A stretch of 64,000 nt of DNA from an uncultured Solirubrobacterales bacterium (lineage in GTDB: Bacteria > Actinomycetota > Thermoleophilia > Solirubrobacterales > Solirubrobacteraceae): the NCBI GenBank assembly GCA_963787555.1, contig CAWBDI010000001.1, positions 175,410-239,409 on the forward strand, written 5' to 3'. Positions 18,514 to 29,051 of the stretch are shown piece by piece. The notes under the pieces were generated by a model. The model did no database searches and was not told the origin of the DNA. It was given only the letters and a program-made list of their open reading frames with translations. A program made the position numbers and the translations under genes. Positions within the stretch are counted from its first letter, which is position 1. The number at the start of each line of letters is the position of its first letter.

Positions 18514-19892
18514 TGTCCTCGAACTGGACAGCCGCAGACGAGCGCGGCCGGGGCGCGGATCCGGCGGCAGGGAGCGGGGCCGATCTGCGCAGCGACGGCC
18601 GCGCGGCGCTGGAATGGGCGGCCAGCTACCTGGAACGCGTCGCCGAGCTGCCGGTGCTCGCCCAGGTCAGTCCCGGCGAGATCCGCGCTCGCCTGCCAAA
18701 AAGCGCGCCCGAGGAGCCCGAGCCGTTTGCAAACGTGCTCCGCGATCTCGATCAGGTGCTGCTGCCGGGCATCACGCACTGGCAGCATCCGCGGTACTTC
18801 GCCTACTTCCCGACCGGCGCCTGTGAGCCGGCGATCCTGGCAGAGATGCTGGCGGCGACTTTGAACTCGGTCGCGCTGCTGTGGCGGACCGCGCCGGCGG
18901 CCACCGAGCTCGAACACGTGGTGCTCGACTGGACCGCGGAGCTGCTGGGACTCCCACAGGGCTGGCACGGGCACATCGAGGACACGGCATCGACCTCGAC
19001 CCTGAGCGCGATCATCGTCGCGCGGGTCCTCACCGGACGCGATTTGATCGTGGCCTCCGACCAGGCGCACTCGGCGGCCGACAAAGCCGCTCGGATGCTC
19101 GGCATGCGACTGCGCAAAGTGCCATCGGATGAGCGGTTCCGTCTAATGGTGCCGGAGCTCGGGGATCTCAGCGAAGCGGCGGTCGTGATCGCGACGGTCG
19201 GCACCACGGCGACCACATCGGTGGATCCGGTGCCCGCGATTGCGGACGCCTGCAACGAGGCCGGTGCCTGGCTGCACGTGGACGCCGCCTACGCCGGCAC
19301 GGCGATGGTGTGTCCGGAGCACCGCTGGGCGTTCGCCGGCGTTGATCGCGCCGACTCGCTGGTGGTCAACGCGCACAAGTGGATGCTGACGCCGATGGAC
19401 TGCTCGCTTCTGTGGACGCGACGACCGGCGGACTTTCGCCGCGCGTTCAGCATGATCCCGGAGTTCCTGCGCACGCCCGACGCCGAGGACGCGCTCTCGC
19501 TCAGCGAGTATGGACCCGCTCTCGGCCGCCGCTTCCGGGCGCTGAAACTGTGGGCGGTGTTGCGCTGCATCGGGCGCTCCGGACTGCAAGCCCACATCCG
19601 CAACGGAGTGCAGCTCGCCGAGAAATTCGAGCGCTGGGTCGACGCCGAGCCCGGCTGGGAGGTGTGCGCGCCGCGGCCGTTCTCGCTGGTGTGCTTTCGC
19701 CTGTCCGGTTCGGACCAGCGCAATCAGGCGCTGCTCGAGCGCGTCAACGCCAGCGGCGAGATCTTCATCTCTCACGCGGTGCTCCACGGCCGCTACGCGT
19801 TACGACTTGCGATCGGCCAGATGAGCACGACCGAGGACGACGTTCGGCGGGCATGGGAGGTTCTGCGTCGCGAGGCGGCGGTCCTCGATTAG
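18513..19892 (+). CDS. PLP-dependent group II decarboxylase (aromatic L-amino acid decarboxylase-like)
   Basis: PGITHWQHPRYFAYFP, LHVDAAYAG, PLP lysine NAHKWM, RRFRALKLW; ATG 18513 overlaps previous stop. Confidence 0.92.
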   Translation: MSSNWTAADERGRGADPAAGSGADLRSDGRAALEWAASYLERVAELPVLAQVSPGEIRARLPKSAPEEPEPFANVLRDLDQVLLPGITHWQHPRYFAYFPTGACEPAILAEMLAATLNSVALLWRTAPAATELEHVVLDWTAELLGLPQGWHGHIEDTASTSTLSAIIVARVLTGRDLIVASDQAHSAADKAARMLGMRLRKVPSDERFRLMVPELGDLSEAAVVIATVGTTATTSVDPVPAIADACNEAGAWLHVDAAYAGTAMVCPEHRWAFAGVDRADSLVVNAHKWMLTPMDCSLLWTRRPADFRRAFSMIPEFLRTPDAEDALSLSEYGPALGRRFRALKLWAVLRCIGRSGLQAHIRNGVQLAEKFERWVDAEPGWEVCAPRPFSLVCFRLSGSDQRNQALLERVNASGEIFISHAVLHGRYALRLAIGQMSTTEDDVRRAWEVLRREAAVLD

Positions 19893-19910
19893 CGCGCCTC
19901 TGTTGGTGCT

Positions 19911-19927
19911 CTTATGAAGTTCTTACC
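19911..19927 (+). promoter_or_regulatory. Direct-repeat box CTTATG-N5-CTTACC
   Basis: 11 bp phased hexamers 11 nt before the response regulator ATG; related boxes at 21834, 30503, 32743, 33561. Confidence 0.5.
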
Positions 19928-19938
19928 TTCAGCGCGTC

Positions 19939-20607
19939 ATGCTCACGAACGTGCGCGTACTGATCGCAGAGGATGAGCGCCGTCTCGCTGAAGCGATCGC
20001 ACGCGGGCTGAGGCGCGAGGGGATGGCGGTCGACCTGGCGCCAGATGGGTCCGATGCGTTGCTGAAGGCCCGGGTGATCCGCTACGACGTGATGGTCCTC
20101 GACCGTGACCTGCCGGGAGTTCACGGCGACGTGGTGTGTCGAACGGTGAGGGGCGAGCGACCCGAGGTGGGGATCCTGATGCTGACCGCTGCAGGCGCGC
20201 TCGAGGATCTCGTCGAGGGGCTCGCGTTGGGAGCCGACGACTACCTCGCCAAGCCTTTCCGGTTCGCCGAGCTCGTGGCCCGGATCCGCGCGCTCGCCCG
20301 CCGTTCGACCCCGAGTCGGCCGCCGGTTCTTCGTCATCGAGACCTGGAGCTCGACCCCGCCCGTCGCAGGCTGACTCGCAACGGAGAAGTGATCGAGCTC
20401 GCGCGCAAGGAGTTCGGCGTGCTCGAGGTGCTGATGAGCGCGGACCGGGCCACGGTTTCCGCCGAGGAGCTGCTCGAGCGGGTTTGGGATGAGCACACCG
20501 ATCCGTTCACCAACGTCGTTCGGATGACGATCATGACCTTGCGGCGCAAGCTCGGTGACCCACCCGTGGTGGAGACCGTAATCGGCGTCGGCTACCGGAT
20601 GGTGTGA
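19939..20607 (+). CDS. OmpR-family response regulator (CutR-like)
   Basis: VLIAEDE, VMVLDRDLPG, DDYLAKPF, DPFTNVVRMTIMTLRRKLG. Confidence 0.95.
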   Translation: MLTNVRVLIAEDERRLAEAIARGLRREGMAVDLAPDGSDALLKARVIRYDVMVLDRDLPGVHGDVVCRTVRGERPEVGILMLTAAGALEDLVEGLALGADDYLAKPFRFAELVARIRALARRSTPSRPPVLRHRDLELDPARRRLTRNGEVIELARKEFGVLEVLMSADRATVSAEELLERVWDEHTDPFTNVVRMTIMTLRRKLGDPPVVETVIGVGYRMV

Positions 20608-21848
20608 TGCGGCTTCGCCTGCCACGACCGAAGCTCGATGGTCCCGCGCCGACGATCCGGCTGCGGATGACTGTTCTCTACGGGCTGATGTTCCTGCTCA
20701 CCGGGGCCGTGCTGCTGACGATCGGCTACGGGCTCGTGCGACACAACCTCAATGCCCACCATGACTTCCGCGCCGAGCTGCGCTCGCTTGGGCTTCCCGC
20801 GCCGGCGGGTCCACCGTTCTTCGGGCGCCTGGGGTTCGGCCCCGGGTCGCCCGGGGGGCGTGTGGCGCAGGCGGCAGCCGCGCAGCTCCGCAGCGACGCG
20901 CTGCACAAACTGCTCGTCGAGTACCTGCTGGCACTGGGGCTGATGACGATGATCGCGGTGGTGACGGGGTGGCTGCTCGCCGGCCGGGCACTGCGCCCGC
21001 TGCGCGACATCACAGCCACCGCGCGGCGCGTCTCCGGCGAGAACCTCGGCGAGCGGATCGGGCTGGTCGGGCCCGCCGATGAGCTCAAGCAGCTGGCCGA
21101 CACGTTCGACGGGATGCTGGAACGGCTCGACGCGGCGTTCGGCTCACAGCGCCACTTCGTCGCCAACGCTTCACATGAGCTGCGGACGCCGCTCGCGATC
21201 ATGCGCACCGAGGTCGACGTCGCGCTCGCGGACCCCGATGCTGATGCGATCGAGCTGCGAGCGATGGGCGAGGCGGTGCTGGAGACCGTCGACCGCTGCG
21301 AGCGGCTGATCGAGAGCCTGTTGATGCTGGCGCGCAGCGAGGCCGCCACGGGGGGCGGGGAGGAGGTCGATCTAGCCGCGATGGCCGCCTATTGCGTGAC
21401 CGATTTACACGCGCGCTCCGAGGAGGGCGGGGTCCAGGTCCGCGACGAGCTAGAGCCGGCGTGGACGCGGGGCGAGGCCGGCCTGCTCGAGCGGATGATC
21501 GCCAACCTGCTCGACAACGGGATTCGTCACAACCAGCGCGGCGGGTTTCTGGAGGTCCGCACGCGGGTGGTTGGCCCCACCGCGCAATTGCTCGTGCGCA
21601 ACGGCGGGCAGCCGATCGATCCCGCCACCGCGCAGACCCTCAGCGAGCCGTTCCGGCGCCTGGATCGGGCGGTGGGAGGGTTCGGGCTCGGCTTGTCGAT
21701 CGTGCGCTCGGTGGCAGAGGCGCACGGTGGCACGATCACCCTCACCGCGCCCGCGGAGGGTGGCCTCGAGGTCACGGTCGAGCTTCCCGCGATCGTGCCC
21801 GCGGCCAGCGCCTCTAAGCAAACGCCAAGAGCGCTTATGGAGAGCTGA
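20604..21848 (+). CDS. Sensor histidine kinase (CutS-like)
   Basis: Two TM, HAMP, FVANASHELRTPL, NLLDNGIRHN, GFGLGLSI. Confidence 0.94.
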   Translation: MMRLRLPRPKLDGPAPTIRLRMTVLYGLMFLLTGAVLLTIGYGLVRHNLNAHHDFRAELRSLGLPAPAGPPFFGRLGFGPGSPGGRVAQAAAAQLRSDALHKLLVEYLLALGLMTMIAVVTGWLLAGRALRPLRDITATARRVSGENLGERIGLVGPADELKQLADTFDGMLERLDAAFGSQRHFVANASHELRTPLAIMRTEVDVALADPDADAIELRAMGEAVLETVDRCERLIESLLMLARSEAATGGGEEVDLAAMAAYCVTDLHARSEEGGVQVRDELEPAWTRGEAGLLERMIANLLDNGIRHNQRGGFLEVRTRVVGPTAQLLVRNGGQPIDPATAQTLSEPFRRLDRAVGGFGLGLSIVRSVAEAHGGTITLTAPAEGGLEVTVELPAIVPAASASKQTPRALMES

Positions 21849-21850
21849 CG
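21834..21850 (+). promoter_or_regulatory. Direct-repeat box CTTATG-N5-CTGACG
   Basis: 14/17 identical to the box at 30503-30519; upstream of the exporter operon. Confidence 0.5.
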
Positions 21851-21996
21851 GGCGGCGCGTTACAACAGCGGTGGGAGGCCGTCTTTCGGTGCTCCCAGCC
21901 GATGGCGCTCAGCATCACCCCTCGTACTTGCCGGCAAGCAACCGTGCTCTCAGATCACGACACCCCGGGCTCGGGCAGCCGCTGACACGCCAGCGC

Positions 21997-23754
21997 ATGA
22001 GCCGCCATCGGGATAAGCCCGGCAGGCCCTGGCATCTCTACCTGCTGGGGCTGGCAGCGATTGCTGTTGCCGTGTTGGCCGTTGTTGAGATCGGACCGCC
22101 AAGCAGCTCCGCGCGGACGTCTCGAGAGGTCGTCACCGCGGAGCCGGGCGTCGTCCAGTCCACGGTCACCGGGACCGGAAACGTCGAGGCCGGTACGGAC
22201 GTCGACGCCAACTTCCGGGCGAGCGGAACGCTGTCGGCGGTCGACGTCTCGGTCGGCCAGCACGTAACTCAAGGGCAGCTGATGGCGACGCTGAACCCGA
22301 CCGTCGCGCAGCTGACGCTCGATCAGGCCGAGCAGAATCTCGCCGCCGCTCAGGACCAGCTGACCGCGATCGAGAACGGAACCGCCACCTCCAGCGCGGG
22401 CGCCGGCGGGGCTGGGGCGGCCGGGTCTAATTCGAGCGCCGCGAGCGGGAGCGGATCGACCGCCAGCACGGGCGCCACGGCGGCGGTCTTCGTGCCCGGC
22501 TCGAGCAGCACCGAGTTCGCCGCATATAAGCCCGGATCAGGGCGACCGCACTCCACGACCACCTCGTCGTCGTCGTCGTCGACGACGACGACGACCAGCT
22601 CGACGACGACCACCTCGACGCCGAAGAGCGCCAAGCCGAGCAGGCCGTCAGGGAGTTCGCCGAGCAGCGGCGCGAGGTCTTCTTCGAGTGGAAGCACACC
22701 GCAGAGCTCTTCGAGCCGCCCGAGCGGCGCCGGCGCCGGGGGAGGCGCTGGAGGCGGCTCCACGACCCGGGCAACCACGACCACCAGCACGAGCACCACG
22801 ACGACGCCCTCGCCGGCGAGCATCGCGTCGGCGCAAGCCTCGGTGTACGCCGCGCAAGCCAGCGTCCAGAACGCCCAGACCGCGCTGGCGAACACCAAGC
22901 TGTACGCGCCGGCCAGCGGCACGATCGTCTCGCTCGCGAACCTCTCGCCGGGCGACACGGTCTCGGCCGGATCGAACTCCAGCGCGTCAGGCAGCACTTC
23001 GTCCTCGGGCAGTTCCTCGAGCGGCGGCACCGGGAGCTCCGGCGCCAGCGCGACCGCCGGCAGCCTCGGCGGCGCGAGCGGGTCCTCGTCCTCGTCCTCG
23101 GGCGGGGGCTCGGGCGGCTCGTCGGGTGGCTCGAGCTCGCCGTTTGCGGAGATCGTCGACACCAGCAGCCTGACGATGACTGTCGCGTTCAGCGAATCGG
23201 ACATCAGCAAGGTTCACGTGGGGCAGCCGGCGACGATTACGATCGATGCCCTCAGCGGGGTCCAGCTGGCGGCGCATGTGAGCGCGATCTCGACCGTTGG
23301 GACAACCAGCAGCGGGGTGGTCTCCTACGACGCGACCTTGACGCTCGACCAGACCGACTCCCGGGTGAAGCCGGGGATGAGCGCCTCGGCGTCGGTGATC
23401 GTCGGCCAGGCGCAGGGCGTCACGGTGCCAAACCAGGCGGTAACCGGAAGCGGCTCGCTGGGCACGGTCAACCTGCTGAAGGGCGGCAAGACCGTGCCGC
23501 AGCAGGTGGTCGTGGGGTTGCGAGGAGACAGCCGGACGCAGATCATCGGCGGGCTCGAGGCGGGTCAACAGGTGGTGGTCACGATCACGCTGCCCTCGCT
23601 CAGCGGCTCGCCCACCAGCACCAGCGGCGCGAGCGGAACCCTCGGCGGCGGCCGCTTCGGCGCGGGCGGGTTCGGCGGTGGCGGCTTTGGCGGTGGCGGC
23701 GGCCTTGGCGGTGGCGGCGCGTTCTTCCGCGCCGGCGGCGGAGGGACGCCGTGA
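21997..23754 (+). CDS. Membrane fusion protein (MacA/HlyD-like) with very long Ser/Thr/Gly low-complexity inserts
   Basis: N-terminal TM; lipoyl halves [24 protein letters not shown] and [11 protein letters not shown]; [27 protein letters not shown]. Confidence 0.85.
   Translation: MSRHRDKPGRPWHLYLLGLAAIAVAVLAVVEIGPPSSSARTSREVVTAEPGVVQSTVTGTGNVEAGTDVDANFRASGTLSAVDVSVGQHVTQGQLMATLNPTVAQLTLDQAEQNLAAAQDQLTAIENGTATSSAGAGGAGAAGSNSSAASGSGSTASTGATAAVFVPGSSSTEFAAYKPGSGRPHSTTTSSSSSSTTTTTSSTTTTSTPKSAKPSRPSGSSPSSGARSSSSGSTPQSSSSRPSGAGAGGGAGGGSTTRATTTTSTSTTTTPSPASIASAQASVYAAQASVQNAQTALANTKLYAPASGTIVSLANLSPGDTVSAGSNSSASGSTSSSGSSSSGGTGSSGASATAGSLGGASGSSSSSSGGGSGGSSGGSSSPFAEIVDTSSLTMTVAFSESDISKVHVGQPATITIDALSGVQLAAHVSAISTVGTTSSGVVSYDATLTLDQTDSRVKPGMSASASVIVGQAQGVTVPNQAVTGSGSLGTVNLLKGGKTVPQQVVVGLRGDSRTQIIGGLEAGQQVVVTITLPSLSGSPTSTSGASGTLGGGRFGAGGFGGGGFGGGGGLGGGGAFFRAGGGGTP
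22566..22595. repeat. Perfect 30 bp palindromic microsatellite (GTC)5(GAC)5
   Basis: Read directly; encodes a poly-Ser then poly-Thr run. Confidence 0.9.
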
Positions 23755-24581
23755 TGGCTCGCCCGGCTCGCCGTCCTCCCCGGCCGGCAGTGCTGCGCGC
23801 GCAGCGGATGCTGCAGGCGCGCAAGTCCCCCAAGCCGCAGCCCGCGAGCGCGCGAGAGCGCCCGGTACGCAGGCCTGACGCTTCGGTGATCGAGCTGCGG
23901 GAGGCGCGCAAGACCTACCAAGTCGGCGACATCGCGGTACACGCGCTGCGAGGCGTCAGCATGACCGTCGAACGCGGCGAGTACCTCGCGATCGTCGGCG
24001 CCTCCGGGAGCGGCAAGACGACGTTGATGAACGTCCTTGGCTGTCTCGATCACGTGAGCGCCGGCAGCTACCGGCTGAACGGGCTCGACGTGCGCGGGTT
24101 CGACGAGGACACGCTGGCGGACGTGCGCAACCGTGAGATCGGCTTCGTGTTCCAGAACTTCAATCTGATCCCGCGCACGCGCGCGCTGGCGAACGTGGAG
24201 CTGCCACTCGCCTACGGGGGTCTGCACCGCGAGGCTCGCCGGCAACGAGCGTTGGCCGCGCTGCAGCAGGTGGGACTCGGGCAACGAGTCGACCACTTCC
24301 CGAACGAGTTGTCGGGCGGTCAGCAGCAGCGCGTGGCGATCGCGCGAGCGCTCGTGACCAACCCGGCGATGATCCTCGCCGATGAGCCCACCGGCGCGCT
24401 GGACACCGTTTCCTCCGCCGAGGTGATGAGCATCTTCCGCCGGCTGAGCGATCAGGGGCGCACGATCATCCTGATCACCCACGAGCAGGACGTGGCGGCC
24501 CACGCGCGCCGGGTGATCCGCCTCAGCGACGGCAGGATCGTCGCCGACGAGCGGCCCGAGAGCACGGAGCTGGTCACGTGA
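23751..24581 (+). CDS. ABC ATP-binding protein (MacB/LolD-like)
   Basis: [43 protein letters not shown]. Confidence 0.95.
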   Translation: MMARPARRPPRPAVLRAQRMLQARKSPKPQPASARERPVRRPDASVIELREARKTYQVGDIAVHALRGVSMTVERGEYLAIVGASGSGKTTLMNVLGCLDHVSAGSYRLNGLDVRGFDEDTLADVRNREIGFVFQNFNLIPRTRALANVELPLAYGGLHREARRQRALAALQQVGLGQRVDHFPNELSGGQQQRVAIARALVTNPAMILADEPTGALDTVSSAEVMSIFRRLSDQGRTIILITHEQDVAAHARRVIRLSDGRIVADERPESTELVT

Positions 24582-25795
24582 TCGAGACGATCCGAGTTGC
24601 GGTGGGAGGGCTGACCGCGAACAAGCTTCGCACCGCCTTGACGGTCCTCGGGCTGATGATCGGGGTCGGCTCGGTGATCGTGCTGATCGCGGTCGGCACC
24701 GGCTCCTCCGACGCCGTCGAGAAGCAGATCGATGCGCTTGGCAGCAACGTCCTGCTGGTTACGACCACGCCGACGCTCGGCGGCCTGCGTCGTCAGGCCA
24801 CCAGCAGCACCCAGCTGACGCTGGCCGACGCCGACGCGCTGGGTAATCAGTTCGAGGCCCCGGACGTGCAGAGCGTCTCGCCGGTGGTCAGCGCCAACGG
24901 CGTGACCGTGACCTACGACAACACCACGTACACGCCGTCCTCGTTCGTGGGCACCACGCCGAGCTACGAGCAGGCCCGCAGCTATTCGATGGCCGAAGGT
25001 TCGTGGTTCACCAGCGCGGACCTGAGTAACCACAACCGGGTGCTGGTCGTTGGCCCCACGGTCGTCAGCGAGCTGTTCGGCGGCCAGGACCCGGTCGGCG
25101 ACACCGTTCAGGTCAACGGCACCGGTTACCAGGTGATCGGGGTGACCGCGTCGAAGGGATCCAACGGAACCTCCAATCAGGACGACGTCGGGATAGCACC
25201 CCTGACTGCGGTGCAGGACACCCTCACCGGCTACGGGAGCATCAACCAGATCGTCGTTCAGGCCAAGTCGCGCCAGCAGTTGAACGCGGCGCAGACCGAG
25301 GTCACCAACATCCTCAATCAGCTCGACCCGCCCACTGCCGGCTCCAGCGCGACGAGCAACTTCAACGTGATCAACCAAAGCTCGATCCTGCAGGCCTCGA
25401 CCTCCAGCAGCAAGGTGTTCACGACGCTGCTCGGGGAGGTCGCGGCGATCTCCCTGCTGGTCGGCGGGATCGGGGTGATGAACATCATGCTGGTCTCGGT
25501 CACCGAGCGGACCCGTGAGATCGGGATCCGAAAAGCGGTCGGCGCCCGGCGCGGCGACATTCTGATCCAGTTCCTGGTCGAGGCGGTGCTGGTGTCGTTC
25601 TTCGGCGGCGTCGCGGGCGTGATCGCCGGCATCATCGGCAGCCAGTTCAAGATCGCCGGCGTCCAGCCCTCGATCGCGCCCTATTCGATCGCCCTCGCGT
25701 TCGGCGCCGCCGTCCTGATCGGGCTGTTCTTCGGCACCTATCCCGCTGGTCGCGCGGCTTCGATGCGACCGATCGAGGCCCTGCGCTTCGAGTGA
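24578..25795 (+). CDS. MacB/FtsX-family ABC permease
   Basis: [53 protein letters not shown]. Confidence 0.95.
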   Translation: MIETIRVAVGGLTANKLRTALTVLGLMIGVGSVIVLIAVGTGSSDAVEKQIDALGSNVLLVTTTPTLGGLRRQATSSTQLTLADADALGNQFEAPDVQSVSPVVSANGVTVTYDNTTYTPSSFVGTTPSYEQARSYSMAEGSWFTSADLSNHNRVLVVGPTVVSELFGGQDPVGDTVQVNGTGYQVIGVTASKGSNGTSNQDDVGIAPLTAVQDTLTGYGSINQIVVQAKSRQQLNAAQTEVTNILNQLDPPTAGSSATSNFNVINQSSILQASTSSSKVFTTLLGEVAAISLLVGGIGVMNIMLVSVTERTREIGIRKAVGARRGDILIQFLVEAVLVSFFGGVAGVIAGIIGSQFKIAGVQPSIAPYSIALAFGAAVLIGLFFGTYPAGRAASMRPIEALRFE

Positions 25796-25833
25796 GCAAG
25801 CACGTCCATTGAAACCCACCACAGGAAACGATC

Positions 25834-26529
25834 ATGCACGCAATCCCCTATGACAGCCCCCAGGAGGATTGGGACCGCTACGAGGAAGGCGAGAGCGACG
25901 AGCCGCTCCCGGGCCGTCCCCGTCGCCAGTTCTTCAACCGTCGTAGCGCCGCGCTGTTTGCCGTGGTCGTGGGCGCAGTCTGCTTCTACGCGGGCGTCCG
26001 CGTCGAGAAGAGCCAGCTGAGCAGCTCGACCAGCACCGCGCTGCCGTCGTCCACCGGGGCGGGCGCGGGCGCGCGGACGGGAGCGGCAGGCGCGGGATCC
26101 CGCGCGGGAGCCGCTGCCGCCTCCGCGGGCCGCGGCTTCGGAGGCGGTGGCGGAGGGGCGGCGGCGTTCGCCGGCGCCGGCGGCGGCGCCGGCGGGAGTG
26201 CGTCGTTCGGAACCGTCAGCGGCATCAGCGGGGACACCTTCTTCATCACCGAGAGCTCCGGCAACACGGTCAAAGTCAAGCTCTCGAGCGCGACCAAGAT
26301 CACCAAGAGCGTCACCGTCGGCAAGTCAGCCGTTCGTCCCGGCGACACGGTCGTGATCCGCGGCCTGAACTCGAACGGCACCGTGAGCGCGACGTCGATC
26401 AGCGACTCCGGCGCCGTCCTCTCGGCCTTCGGCGGCGGCTCGTCCGGCGCTGGCGGCTCCGGCAGCGGCGGCTCCGGTAACGCGAGCTCGGCCGTCAGTT
26501 CCCTGTTTGGCTCCGGAAGCGGCGGCTGA
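25834..26529 (+). CDS. Membrane-anchored Gly-rich protein with DUF5666-like OB-type domain
   Basis: Acidic N-terminus, one TM, Gly/Ala linker, GTVSGISGDTFFI...TKITKS...VRPGDTVVIRG. Confidence 0.6.
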   Translation: MHAIPYDSPQEDWDRYEEGESDEPLPGRPRRQFFNRRSAALFAVVVGAVCFYAGVRVEKSQLSSSTSTALPSSTGAGAGARTGAAGAGSRAGAAAASAGRGFGGGGGGAAAFAGAGGGAGGSASFGTVSGISGDTFFITESSGNTVKVKLSSATKITKSVTVGKSAVRPGDTVVIRGLNSNGTVSATSISDSGAVLSAFGGGSSGAGGSGSGGSGNASSAVSSLFGSGSGG

Positions 26530-26564
26530 TCGACATCGTTCTGAACACAGAAAGGACTCGAACC

Positions 26565-27158
26565 ATGATCATCAACATCGCGATGCGGCGGGCGCCAGTG
26601 GCGCTTGCCGTGCTCGTCACCGGCTGCGCGCTCGCTGCGTGCGGCAGCAGCTCGAGCAGCTCGAGCACCTCCACCAGCTCGGCCAGCGCAAGCTCGACCG
26701 CGGTGGCATCGTCCGGCAGCTCCACCTCGAGAAGCGCACGGCGCGCCGCGCTGGTCGCCTGCCTGAAGAGCCACGGCGTGACGTTGCCCTCGCGGCCCGT
26801 CCGCCCTCCCTCTGGAGGGGCGGGCGCCGGCGCGCCCGGAGGCGGAGGCGGGTTCTTCTTCGGCGGCGGCACGCCCAACCCGAAGCTGCAAGCCGCGCTG
26901 AAGGCCTGCGGCGCCAACTTCAGCGGCCGGGGGCGCTTCCGCGGGGCGATCTCGCATCAGAACATCGAGAAGTACGTCGCCTGCGTGCGCGCGCACGGTT
27001 ACAACATGCCGAATCCCAACTTCTCGGGCCACGGCTCCGTGTTCCCGGCCAACATCCGATCCAACCCCAAGTTCCAGGCCGCCAGTCGCGCCTGCCAGAG
27101 CTTGCTGTTCCCGCCGCGGAGCGGGAGCACGTCGTCGAGTACCGCGTCGAGTGCCTAG
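26565..27158 (+). CDS. Lipoprotein with two C-x3-HG repeats
   Basis: Lipobox LAAC; ACLKSHGVTLP...LKAC and ACVRAHGYNMP...SRAC repeats. Confidence 0.7.
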   Translation: MIINIAMRRAPVALAVLVTGCALAACGSSSSSSSTSTSSASASSTAVASSGSSTSRSARRAALVACLKSHGVTLPSRPVRPPSGGAGAGAPGGGGGFFFGGGTPNPKLQAALKACGANFSGRGRFRGAISHQNIEKYVACVRAHGYNMPNPNFSGHGSVFPANIRSNPKFQAASRACQSLLFPPRSGSTSSSTASSA

Positions 27159-27197
27159 GCGCATGCAGCACGATCGCCTACTAGCGCAGGAGGAACA

Positions 27198-28034
27198 ATG
27201 AAGCTCAAACTACCCTCGAGCAACCGAGCGGCGAAGGCCGGCCCGCCCGCCTCGCCGCCGGTCCCGGCAGCCTCGCCGCCGCCTGCGACGCCGCCGGGCG
27301 CGCCGAACCCGTCGGCGCTATCCGGCGCGCAAGAGCCGGCGACAGCGCCCGGTACCGTGGTCGGGCAAGTGCTACCGATCTACTTCGTCGGCGACGAGTC
27401 ACACTCGATGGCCGGGGCACCGATCGCGGCCGTCAATCAGGGCCTGCTCGACCTTCGCGACGAGGTCGCCAAGCATCCCCTGATCGGCAAGAAGGTACGC
27501 TTCGGCGTGATCACCTTCGCGGACACCGCCGAGACGCGGTTGGAGCTCTCGGAGCTGAGCGAGGAGCTGATCCTGCCGGCGCTGTCGCCGAGAGGTCGCG
27601 GGACCAGCTATGCGAGTGCGCTCGAGGCGCTGCGTCATACGATTCCTGGGGATGTGGCGCTGCTCAAGAGCGGCGGCTACCAGGTACATCGTCCCTCGGT
27701 TTTCTTCCTCAGCGACGGCCAGCCGACCGAGAAGGAGGAGAAGTGGCGGGCGCGTCTGGACGAGCTCAAGGACGCCGGCTTCAAGGAGCGCCCCAACATC
27801 CTCGCGTTCGGAGTCGGCGACGCTGAGCCCAAGGTCATCCAGCAGCTCGCCAGCACGCCCCGCTACGCCTTCATGATGAGCGACGGGGTGTCGACTGCGG
27901 GCGCGATCTCCGAGTTCGCGGCGTCGATGCTGGGCTCGATGGTGTCCTCGGCGGAGCGGCTCGAGCGTGGCGAGCAAACGATCGAGTTCGAGAAGCCCGA
28001 GGGGTTCGTCCAGCTCGACGCGCCCCTGGTGTAG
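27198..28034 (+). CDS. von Willebrand factor A domain protein (TerY-like)
   Basis: PIYFVGDESHS MIDAS (DxSxS), GTSYASAL, VFFLSDGQPT, ILAFGVG; AGGAGG SD at 27188-27193; Pro-rich N-terminus. Confidence 0.88.
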   Translation: MKLKLPSSNRAAKAGPPASPPVPAASPPPATPPGAPNPSALSGAQEPATAPGTVVGQVLPIYFVGDESHSMAGAPIAAVNQGLLDLRDEVAKHPLIGKKVRFGVITFADTAETRLELSELSEELILPALSPRGRGTSYASALEALRHTIPGDVALLKSGGYQVHRPSVFFLSDGQPTEKEEKWRARLDELKDAGFKERPNILAFGVGDAEPKVIQQLASTPRYAFMMSDGVSTAGAISEFAASMLGSMVSSAERLERGEQTIEFEKPEGFVQLDAPLV

Positions 28035-28043
28035 CCGCTCGCG

Positions 28044-29051
28044 ATGGCGTCGTTTGAGCGGGACCGCAGCGCTGGCCGGGCAAACGATGCCAGGCGGCCC
28101 GACCGGCCCCTACGCCTCCCGAGGGCCGCGGTGTTGGGGCGTCCCGGCCGTCTGGCGCGAGGCCCGCTGACGATTGGCGATCCCGCTCCCGCGGTCGAGG
28201 TGCGGCTTGCGGCCGCCGAGCCCTACCGCCCCGATTCAATCGCCGACGGAGGCAGCGCGTTCGGCCTGACGGCGAGAGCGGCATCCGTTCGAGGCCTGTA
28301 CAAGCGCTATCTGGGTGGTCCGCGACAAGACGACCTGTGCCTGGGCCTGCATGAGCCTTCCCGCACCGTGATCGCGGCCGTCGCCGACGGCGTCTCGAGC
28401 GCGCCGCGCTCGCACCTCGGCGCGGCGCTTGCGGTGCGCCATGCGGCGGCCGCGGTCGCGCGCCAGCTCGACGACGGCGCCGATGAGCTCCGCTGGGAGC
28501 AGGTCTTCGAGCACGCCGCTTGGGCGCTCGTCGATGAGCAACGCCGCGCTGACGGGAGTGCGGACGCCGGCGTGGAGGACGCCGCGGCGTCTTTGGCGAC
28601 GACGCTGGTGGTCGCTGCGATCACCGCCGCGCGCTCCGAGGCTGCGGTCGACGGGAACCGCGGCCCGGTCAGGGAGGAGCCCACCCCGCGCGTGCAGCTG
28701 GCAGCGGTCGGCGATTCACCGGCGTTCCTGCTCGGGGACGGCGCTTTCAAGCCGATCGCCGGTGACTTCGACAGCCCCGATGCGCTGCTTGGCGGCGGCG
28801 TGCAGGCGCTGCCGCGCAGCACCCGTCCGGCGTACGAAGATACGCGCATGCTCGAGTCCGGCCACGCGTTGCTGCTGTGCACGGATGGGCTGGCGCTGCC
28901 GCTGGCCGGCGGTGCGAGCGAGGTGGGCCGGATCTTCGCCCGCGAGCTATCGAGTCCTCCGGACGTGCTCGACTTCGCCCGGCTGCTCGATTTCAGCCGC
29001 AGTACCTACGACGACGATCGCACCCTGGTCGCCGTCTGGTGGAGGCCATGA
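28044..29051 (+). CDS. PP2C-like protein phosphatase (TerY-P type)
   Basis: PRQDD, AAVADGVSSA, QLAAVGDS, LLLCTDGL, DDRTLVAV metal-binding motifs. Confidence 0.88.
   Translation: MASFERDRSAGRANDARRPDRPLRLPRAAVLGRPGRLARGPLTIGDPAPAVEVRLAAAEPYRPDSIADGGSAFGLTARAASVRGLYKRYLGGPRQDDLCLGLHEPSRTVIAAVADGVSSAPRSHLGAALAVRHAAAAVARQLDDGADELRWEQVFEHAAWALVDEQRRADGSADAGVEDAAASLATTLVVAAITAARSEAAVDGNRGPVREEPTPRVQLAAVGDSPAFLLGDGAFKPIAGDFDSPDALLGGGVQALPRSTRPAYEDTRMLESGHALLLCTDGLALPLAGGASEVGRIFARELSSPPDVLDFARLLDFSRSTYDDDRTLVAVWWRP

Noticed and set aside
21571-21996. Long N-terminal extensions in track ORFs (also 5464, 8958, 18201, 28877, 38418, 42180, 47564)
   Set aside because: They overlap upstream genes; later starts fit stop-start coupling, SD sites or domain boundaries
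23640-23750. GGCGGY tandem repeats as a DNA-level repeat element or G-quadruplex signal
   Set aside because: Fully explained by Gly codons of the low-complexity tail
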